Positions 8,722-15,278 of a stretch of DNA of 24,000 bases are shown here, in pieces. The stretch lies in assembly GCA_035285125.1 (NCBI GenBank), contig JAYKHR010000159.1:23733-47732 (forward strand). The letters run 5' to 3'. How positions within the stretch are numbered: position 1 is the first letter of the stretch; each line of letters opens with the position of its first letter. The DNA comes from Candidatus Sericytochromatia bacterium. Its GTDB lineage: Bacteria; Cyanobacteriota; Sericytochromatia; S15B-MN24; JAQBPE01. Both the position numbers and the translations under genes were made by a program. Under the pieces are notes generated by a model. That model did not search any database, was not told the origin of the DNA, and saw only the letters and a list, made by a program, of their open reading frames with translations.

Positions 8722-9513
8722 TCATCGGTAGTTCAAGCGCTCGATGGCGAGCGTCTTTCCGCTCCTGGTGTCGATCCGCAGGCGAACAGCGTTGAACTGG
8801 GTGGGGCCAGCGGCCACCTCCATCCGCGTCGGCAACGCCGTGATCATCTTTCGAATGGCCAGGTCCGCGCGCATGCCGATGACGGCGTCCCGGGGCCCCG
8901 TCATCCCGACGTCGCTGAGGAAGCCCGTGCCACCAGGCAGGATGGTCTCATCCGCCGTCTGCACGTGGGTGTGGGTGCCCAGGCAGGCCGAGACGCGACC
9001 ATCCAAGTGCCGGGCCAGGGCGGCCTTTTCCGACGTGGCCTCCGCGTGCACGTCCACCAGGATCACCCGCGCCCGCCCCGCCACCTGCTCGAGGACACCG
9101 TCGAGGGCACGAAAGGGGCAATCGACGGGGGGCATGAACACCCGCCCCATCACGTTGATCACGGCCACGGGCACGTCGGCCACCTCCACCAGCGTCCAGC
9201 CCCGCCCAGGCGCCCCCGGCGCGTAGTTGACAGGACGCACCAGGCGCGGCTCATCCTGAATGAAGCCGAAGATTTCGTTCTTGTCCCAGGTGTGGTTGCC
9301 CATCGTCACCACATCGACGCCCTGATCCCGGAGGTCCTGAAAGACCGGCTCCGTGAGCCCGAACCCACCCGCAGCGTTCTCGCCATTGGCGACCACCAGG
9401 TCCGGCATGGCCTGCCGCTTCAAGCTGCCCATGTACGTGGCCAGCGCGTCGCGCCCGGGACGCCCGACGATGTCGCCGACAACCATCACGTCCAACGCGG
9501 TGGGCGCGCTCAC
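8722..9513 (-). CDS. ymdB: YmdB-family metallophosphoesterase (2',3'-cyclic-nucleotide phosphodiesterase-like)
   Basis: 263 aa. Motifs [50 protein letters not shown] and [11 protein letters not shown]. The GTG start at 9513 overlaps the rny stop (GTGA at 9510-9513). Confidence 0.88.
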   Translation of the reverse strand: MSAPTALDVMVVGDIVGRPGRDALATYMGSLKRQAMPDLVVANGENAAGGFGLTEPVFQDLRDQGVDVVTMGNHTWDKNEIFGFIQDEPRLVRPVNYAPGAPGRGWTLVEVADVPVAVINVMGRVFMPPVDCPFRALDGVLEQVAGRARVILVDVHAEATSEKAALARHLDGRVSACLGTHTHVQTADETILPGGTGFLSDVGMTGPRDAVIGMRADLAIRKMITALPTRMEVAAGPTQFNAVRLRIDTRSGKTLAIERLNYR

Positions 9514-11111
9514 TTGGCAATCTCTGTCACGCGCGTCTCGCGGACCACCGTGACCTTGATCTGCCCGGGGTACTCGAGCTCCGTCTCGATGCGCCTGGCG
9601 ATGTCCCGCGCCAGCACGGCGGACTGCACGTCATCGACGACATGCGGCTGGACCACGATGCGGATCTCCCGACCCGCCTGCACCGCATAGGAGCGGTCGA
9701 CACCCGGAAAGGACCGGGCGATGGCCTCGAGCTTTTCCAGACGCTTGATGTAGATGTCGATGGTGTCCCGCCGGGCCCCGGGGCGAGCGGCAGAGATGGC
9801 ATCCGCCACCTGCACCAGCACGGCCTCCACCGTCTCCTGCGGCACGTCCAGGTGGTGGGCCGCGATGGCGTTGACCACCTTCGGGTTCTCCCCGAACCGA
9901 CGGCAGAGATCGCCACCCACGAGCGCATGCGGGCCCTCGACCTCGTGGGACAACGCCTTGCCGATGTCGTGCAGGAGACCTGCCCGGCGGGCCAGGTGGA
10001 TGTCGGCCCCCAGTTCCGCCGCCATCGACGCAGCGATGTGCGCCACCTCGATCGAGTGGCGTAGCACGTTCTGCCCGTACGACGTGCGGAAGCGCAGGCG
10101 GCCCAGAACCCGGATCACCTCCGGGTGAAGGCCCTGGATCTGGGCCTCGATGGCGGCGCTTTCCCCGTCTTCCCGGATGCGCAACTCCACCTCTTCCCGC
10201 GCCTTCTCGACCACCTCGTCGATGCGGGTGGGGTGGATGCGGCCATCGGCGATGAGACGCTCCAGCGTGATGCGCGCGACTTCGCGCCGGACGGGATCAA
10301 AGCTGGACAGAATCACGGCCTCGGGCGTGTCGTCGATGATCAGGTCGATGCCCGTGGCGGCCTCGAGGGCCCGGATGTTCCGGCCCTCGCGCCCGATGAT
10401 CCGGCCCTTCATCTCGTCGCTGGGCAGGGACACGACCGTCACGGTGGCGTCGACGGTATGGTCGACGGCGCAGCGTTGAATGGACGTGGTGATGATCTCG
10501 CGCGCCTTCTTGTCCGCAAGCTCGCGGGCCTGCGCCTCTGCCTCGCGGATCCGCACGCCGAGCTCGTGGCGAAGCTCATCCTCCAGCTTGCTGTGAAGCT
10601 GCTGCCGAGCCTGCTCCCGCGTCAGCCCCGCCAGCCGTTCCATCTCGGCGAGGGACCGGGCCTTGGCGTCCTCCACCTCCTGCTGTTTGAGCCGCAGGTC
10701 TTCCTGAAAGGAGCGCTCCCGGGCGAACTGCTCGTCCTCCCGCTGGCGCAGCAGCTCCTCCCGACGCTCGAGGTGTTCATGTTTGCGGTCGAGCCCCTGC
10801 TCCTTGCCCTCCAGGCGCTGTTCGGTGCGTTTGACCTCAGCTCGCTCTTCCCGAAGGTCCGCCTCCCGGCTCGCCATCACGGCCTCCACCTCCGCCAGCG
10901 CGCGCTGCTTGGCGAGCTCTGCCTCGAGGCCCGCCTCTGAGCGGACACGCTCCGACTCCGCCCTGGCAGCGGCTTCGGCCGCGCCGGCGGCGTACTGGAG
11001 TTGCTTGGCCTGGTTGTACTTACGGTTGGCGAGGAGCAGGCTGACGACGCCCAGCAAAAAGGCTGCGATGGCGATCAGCTGGTATCCGATCAGGGCGGCA
11101 TTGGGGTTCAT
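9510..11111 (-). CDS. rny: Ribonuclease Y (N-terminal TM helix, coiled coil, KH and HD domains)
   Basis: Start taken at ATG 11111 ([27 protein letters not shown] as the TM anchor). Has a Glu/Arg-rich coiled coil and a KH region ([38 protein letters not shown]). The HD domain reads [25 protein letters not shown] ... [11 protein letters not shown]-terminal [14 protein letters not shown]. Confidence 0.92.
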   Translation of the reverse strand: MNPNAALIGYQLIAIAAFLLGVVSLLLANRKYNQAKQLQYAAGAAEAAARAESERVRSEAGLEAELAKQRALAEVEAVMASREADLREERAEVKRTEQRLEGKEQGLDRKHEHLERREELLRQREDEQFARERSFQEDLRLKQQEVEDAKARSLAEMERLAGLTREQARQQLHSKLEDELRHELGVRIREAEAQARELADKKAREIITTSIQRCAVDHTVDATVTVVSLPSDEMKGRIIGREGRNIRALEAATGIDLIIDDTPEAVILSSFDPVRREVARITLERLIADGRIHPTRIDEVVEKAREEVELRIREDGESAAIEAQIQGLHPEVIRVLGRLRFRTSYGQNVLRHSIEVAHIAASMAAELGADIHLARRAGLLHDIGKALSHEVEGPHALVGGDLCRRFGENPKVVNAIAAHHLDVPQETVEAVLVQVADAISAARPGARRDTIDIYIKRLEKLEAIARSFPGVDRSYAVQAGREIRIVVQPHVVDDVQSAVLARDIARRIETELEYPGQIKVTVVRETRVTEIAK

Positions 11112-11324
11112 GCACGAATCCCGTCTAGCCGCGTCCGATGGGACGCCTACCAGATGTCTCGGGCCGACGTTGGCCCGGTGAACGATATGGGAAGCGTCCG
11201 ATGGCGGGCGCGTGCGACACAAGGTGGGGGGATGCGGCCGAAAAGCCCGGCCTCGACTTTTATTCCCGCCACCAGCGCGGACCTAAACCGGGAGGGCGAG
11301 CTTAGCTTCGCGGGAGGGGGTCCG
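11112..11324 (-). promoter_or_regulatory. rny upstream or leader region with two hairpins and an 11-bp direct repeat
   Basis: Plus-strand GCGTCC-gatg-GGACGC (11131-11146) and CGGGCC-gacgtt-GGCCCG (11160-11177). The exact 11-mer GCGTCCGATGG occurs at 11131-11141 and 11194-11204. Function unknown. Confidence 0.3.
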
Positions 11325-13691
11325 TCAGTTGGAAAAGTCAATCTTGCGGAGCCGGCGGTTGCCGGCGTCCACCACGAACAGGTCCCCCGAGGCATCCAGT
11401 GCCAGGCTCTGAGGCTGGTTGAACTGGGCGGACACCCCATCTTGGAACCCGGCGTTGGAGCCACACAAGGTGGTGACGGTACGGGGCGTGGCATTGAGGT
11501 CGAACAGCCTGATGCGGTGGGCCTGGCTGTCCGCGAGGTACAGCCGGCTTCCGTCGAGGGCAAGCCCTGCCGGGCTCTCGAACGTGGCCGAGATGTTCGC
11601 GTCCAGCCGGTCCGCGTCGCGCGCGACGATGGTGCTCACCACACCGGCCGGGCTGACCTCCCGCACGGCGCGGTTGCCTGCATCGGCCACGTAAAGCGTG
11701 CCGTCCGCCGCCACCACCAGGTCCACGGGCGTGTCGAAGCGTGCCTCCTGCCCCGCGCCGTCCTGACGGCCCTGTTGCCCCGGCCCCCCCGCAAGCACCG
11801 TGACGACACCCGTTGTGGGGTCGATGCGGCGGATGCAGTGGTTCAGGGAGTCGGCCACCAAGATGGCCCCCCCCGGCCCCACGACTGCCGCTCCGGGAGA
11901 GTTGAAGCGGGCCTCGAGGCTGATTCCCGCCTGGAAGCCTCCGCCGAGTGCCCCGCCGTCGCCCCCCCCCGCGATCGTCTCCACGCGGTTGTCCGCAGAG
12001 AAGAAGCGTCGGATCCGGTGGTTCAGGGCATCCGCAATCAGGAAGGTGTCCCCGGATGGCGCGGCGCGCTCGAAGGCGATGCGCGCGGGCGCGTTGAAGC
12101 GAGCGGTCAACCCCACGCCGTCATCCGTGCCGGCGTCAGGGCCACCGGCCACCGACGTGACGGAGGTGGTCGAGACGCGGCGAAGCTGGTTCGCGGCGCC
12201 ATCGACGACAAACAGCACGGGCGACGCCCCTCCTGGGGCCAGCGCCACCCCTGTCGGTCCAGCGAACCGGGCGGCCGCGACGGCCCCGTTGACGACGACG
12301 GCCTCAGCCCCACCCACCAGCGTGCTGACCGTGAAGGTCCGCGGCGTAGGCGAGGGTGAGGGCGGTGGGGCGCTGCCGCCGCCGCCGGCGCCACCCGGGA
12401 GCACAACGGCGATCGCCAGCGGCGGGCTGGTCAGCTCCCCGCTGCGCGCGACCAGGTTGCCCGTGCCGACCAGGTTGGCAGTGACGGTGCCGGCCTCCGC
12501 ATCGACGGTGAGGGCACCGCCGTCGCTGACCTCCCACCGAACGGGGGCAGTGGCCAGCGCCATGCCGTTCGCATCCAGGGCTGAAGCCGTGTAAACCTGC
12601 GTGCTTCCGACCGTCAGCGTGGTGATGACCGGGGTGATGGTGAGGCTGGTCAGCAGCTTGAACTTGAGGGAGTTGCTGACGATGGTCCCGGCCCGAACCC
12701 GCACGTCCTCGCTGTCGGCGCCGCTCGGAACCTTGACCCGAAGCTCGGTGGGGCTCTGCCGCGTGACCTCCGTGGCCGTGAGCGTTCCGAACTCCACCGT
12801 GAGCCCGGCGTCGGGCAGGCCGGTTCCCGTCAGGGTCACGGTCGTGCCACGCCCCCCAAGCTGGGGCTCCATGTCGGTCAGCGTCGGGGGCGTCCCACCG
12901 AGCAGGACGTCCGCCACGCTGACCGTCCCGGCGGGGCGCACGGTGAGCCCCGGCAGGTTGTAGGCCCCCACTCCCTCCTTGCTCACGGCCAGGCTGTAAG
13001 CGTCACCGGAGGGAACATTGACGATCGCGTACTCGCCGCGGTCGTCCGTGACGCCGCGGTAAGGCGTGCCGGGAAGCGTCACGACGGCATCCTTGAGGCC
13101 AGACCCGCCGGCGCCCTTCACCAGGCCCCGGATCGTCCCGGTGTTGGCGAGTTGCAGCGTCAGGCCTCGGGCAGCTGCCGGCACGTTGAACTGGAAGGCC
13201 TTGACCGTGTCGCTCTCGGCGGCCTCGAGGTTGAGCGGCTTGCCTTCCGGGTCGGCCAGCTTGAAGCGGCCCTGGGTGTCAGTCTTGACCGAAGGGGGCG
13301 CCGGGCTCGCGACCTGGAGCAGTGCCCGGGCGAGCCTGTAGGCGGTAGGGGCTGGTGGCAGCGCCGGGTACCCGGTGACGACGACGCCTGCGGCAGGCTT
13401 CCCGTCCTCCCGCAAGACCACGCCGGTGTGGTCGGACACCGCGACCGTGGCGGTCGCCACCGGGTTGGCCGTCAGGTAGGTGTTGGCCGATGCGGTGGGC
13501 GAGGCCATCGGCTTGAACCGGTCGCCATCCGGCGTCCGCCGTGGACCGGGCGTGCCCCGCGTCGAGTTTAGCGTTTGCGCCCTGCCCCTGGTTTGCTCGG
13601 GCTCCACAACAGCCGGCGGGGACGCCGCGCAACCGAGCGTCACCAGGAAGACCGCGACCAGCGGGGTTCGGTAGGTCGGAAGACCACACAT
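11325..13691 (-). CDS. Large exported NHL-repeat beta-propeller protein, class I paralog A (CarboxypepD_reg-like, IPT/TIG, Big_2-like, 6 NHL blades)
   Basis: 788 aa. Signal peptide ends in Cys (VAVFLVTLGC; non-canonical lipobox). Has beta-sandwich modules (GTIRGLVKG...TDDRGEYAIVNVPSGDAYSLAV) and a TIG-like module (PTLTDMEPQLGGRGTTVTLTGTGL...VEFGT...RVKVPSG). A Big_2-like module follows (LTITPVITTLTVGSTQVYTASALDANG...WEVSD). Six blades: LFVVDGAANQLRRV, FLIADALNHRIRRF, ILVADSLNHCIRRI, LYVADAGNRAVREV, LYLADSQAHRIRLF, LFVVDAGNRRLRKI. Confidence 0.85.
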   Translation of the reverse strand: MCGLPTYRTPLVAVFLVTLGCAASPPAVVEPEQTRGRAQTLNSTRGTPGPRRTPDGDRFKPMASPTASANTYLTANPVATATVAVSDHTGVVLREDGKPAAGVVVTGYPALPPAPTAYRLARALLQVASPAPPSVKTDTQGRFKLADPEGKPLNLEAAESDTVKAFQFNVPAAARGLTLQLANTGTIRGLVKGAGGSGLKDAVVTLPGTPYRGVTDDRGEYAIVNVPSGDAYSLAVSKEGVGAYNLPGLTVRPAGTVSVADVLLGGTPPTLTDMEPQLGGRGTTVTLTGTGLPDAGLTVEFGTLTATEVTRQSPTELRVKVPSGADSEDVRVRAGTIVSNSLKFKLLTSLTITPVITTLTVGSTQVYTASALDANGMALATAPVRWEVSDGGALTVDAEAGTVTANLVGTGNLVARSGELTSPPLAIAVVLPGGAGGGGSAPPPSPSPTPRTFTVSTLVGGAEAVVVNGAVAAARFAGPTGVALAPGGASPVLFVVDGAANQLRRVSTTSVTSVAGGPDAGTDDGVGLTARFNAPARIAFERAAPSGDTFLIADALNHRIRRFFSADNRVETIAGGGDGGALGGGFQAGISLEARFNSPGAAVVGPGGAILVADSLNHCIRRIDPTTGVVTVLAGGPGQQGRQDGAGQEARFDTPVDLVVAADGTLYVADAGNRAVREVSPAGVVSTIVARDADRLDANISATFESPAGLALDGSRLYLADSQAHRIRLFDLNATPRTVTTLCGSNAGFQDGVSAQFNQPQSLALDASGDLFVVDAGNRRLRKIDFSN

Positions 13692-13803
13692 GGACTCAGC
13701 CGCAGGACTTGGGGGGAACTGGCAGAGGCTGCCTCTTGTTCATGTTCCCCGGCGCCACGCCCCGGAAACGCCCGGCAGCCCCCCACCGCTGCGGTGGAGG
13801 CGG

Positions 13804-15063
13804 TCAGCGCGCTTCGCGGAGCACCTGCGCCGGGTCGTCCGCGATGCGAATAAGGAACATCGCGCCGGGCTTGTTCTCTGCGATGAGGGCCTGCGCGCGC
13901 TTGAAAGACGGGTCGAAGCCATCGAGGCGGCTCCCGATCTCGGTGGTGAAGTAGGGGACATGCAACTCGCCATAGACGAAGTCCCGGATCGTGCCGCACG
14001 TCGGGTAGAGCTCGTTGGCCTGGCAGGGCTTGTACTTGTTGAAGCCCGCCAGCTTGGTGCCGATGGTCTCGAGCAGCTTCGCGTCCGCCGGTTTGGCAGA
14101 GGTCCAGCCCCAAGGCCACATGATCAGGTTCGAGTAGGCGTGGTAGTCCATGCCAATCTTGAGGTTCGGGATGCCCGACAGGAACGACTTGATCGCCTGG
14201 GTCTCAGGCTCGGAAGCGGCCGAGGGCCCCTGGTAGGTCGGAGACGACGGCTGGCCGCTCGAGCCGCCGTTATCCAAGCCCCACTTGAACGGGAAGTTGC
14301 GGTTGAGATCGACGCCGATGCCTCCCGTGAAGGGGTGGGTGTTCTTGCGCCAGTCCTGACCCTTTTCAGCTTGATGATGACCGTCGGGGTTTGCCATCGG
14401 CAGCACGTGGATCACCCGCGAATCGACAAGGCGCGTGATCTCGGCGTCCTTGCCGTAGCCCTCCAAAAGATCCTTGACCAGCCCCATCGCCAGTTCGACA
14501 GGCACCAACTCCCGGGCGTGGACGTTCGCAGTAAAGGCGACGGCTGGCCGGCCCGTCGCATCACCCTTGCCGGTGATGCGCACCGTCCAAAGCTGGCGGT
14601 CCGCCTTGCCCTGGGTGGTTTCCCAGGAGGGGCCCGCGCTTCGCAGCGTCACGAGGTCGGGGTGGCGAGAGGCCAGGGCCCTGAGCTCGGCCGTCACCTG
14701 CTCGTAGGTCCTGTAGCCCGCGTCGAAGCTGTTGCGCACGCCGAAGCCCGGCGCGTTCTCAGGTTCCAGGGAGAACTTGAGGCCCCTTGCCTTGAGCCTC
14801 GAAAGGTCCTGGGCGAGGATGCGACCGAAGGCCTGCCTGCGCGGCATCTCGACCCCGAAGACGTCCAGGCCACCGTCAACAGCCTGCGCAAGCTGGGCCG
14901 GCGTTGCGTAGTCGAGGCGCACCGCCAAACCAGCTGGGCGAGCGCCCGCCTGAGGGGTGGGCAGGGGAACGGCCCCCTGGGTCCGACAGCCGGCCAAGAT
15001 GGCCGCCAGCACCACGCCAGAGAGGGCGAGGCGCCACAGGGTGGTTTGGCTTGAAGGCGACAT
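13804..15063 (-). CDS. M14-family zinc carboxypeptidase lipoprotein with N-terminal pro-domain-like segment
   Basis: 419 aa. Canonical lipoprotein signal (LSGVVLAAILAGC). HxxE zinc motif (NVHARELVPVE). Also MANPDGHHQAEKGQDWRKN, GVDLNRNFPFKWG and the third His region MDYHAYSNLIMWPWG. Residues about 45-105 resemble a carboxypeptidase activation domain (AVRLDYATPAQLAQAV...LKARGLKFSLEPEN). GGAG lies 9 nt before the ATG. Confidence 0.9.
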   Translation of the reverse strand: MSPSSQTTLWRLALSGVVLAAILAGCRTQGAVPLPTPQAGARPAGLAVRLDYATPAQLAQAVDGGLDVFGVEMPRRQAFGRILAQDLSRLKARGLKFSLEPENAPGFGVRNSFDAGYRTYEQVTAELRALASRHPDLVTLRSAGPSWETTQGKADRQLWTVRITGKGDATGRPAVAFTANVHARELVPVELAMGLVKDLLEGYGKDAEITRLVDSRVIHVLPMANPDGHHQAEKGQDWRKNTHPFTGGIGVDLNRNFPFKWGLDNGGSSGQPSSPTYQGPSAASEPETQAIKSFLSGIPNLKIGMDYHAYSNLIMWPWGWTSAKPADAKLLETIGTKLAGFNKYKPCQANELYPTCGTIRDFVYGELHVPYFTTEIGSRLDGFDPSFKRAQALIAENKPGAMFLIRIADDPAQVLREAR

Positions 15064-15278
15064 GCGGGCGGGCTCCGACGAGGGGGGACCCGTCGATTAT
15101 CCTGCCAGAGGTTCGCACGCTTGTTTATATAGCGGATAAATTAACCTTAAAGTTTATTAAGCGTTTGATATCCCCGCGTCCGGCCAACCACGGTGCACAC
15201 CTGCCAGTCGCGGGTAAAAAAGGATTGCCCCTCCTTGCGCAACCGCCACCAGGCGCCACCAGAACGGCTGAGAAGACC
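15064..15278. promoter_or_regulatory. Divergent intergenic control region with a sharp AT-rich core (15121-15171)
   Basis: The 51-nt core has 12 G/C by my count (about 24% GC) in a very GC-rich context. Direct repeat GTTTATATAGCG (15123-15134) and GTTTATTAAGCG (15152-15163), plus a third GTTTGATAT (15163-15171). Imperfect palindrome ATAAATTAA-CC-TTAAAGTTTAT (15136-15157). Possible -10 for the M14 gene: GATAAT on the minus strand (15096-15101). Possible plus-strand TTAACC-17-TTTGAT (15141-15169). Confidence 0.5.

Noticed and set aside
13721-13797. Short hairpins between the M14 stop and the start of paralog A (CCACCGC-T-GCGGTGG at 13783-13797; GGCAG-agg-CTGCC at 13721-13733) as terminators.
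   Set aside because: Stems are 5-7 bp with tiny loops and no U tract on the transcribed (minus) strand. I cannot tell whether the M14 gene and A are co-transcribed.
14904-15278. N-terminal extension of paralog C to the listed ORF start (1013 aa).
   Set aside because: It would overlap the 5' end of the divergent M14 gene and read straight through the AT-rich promoter core. The translated extension is R/P/G junk, and a signal-peptide-like segment begins only after about 15279.
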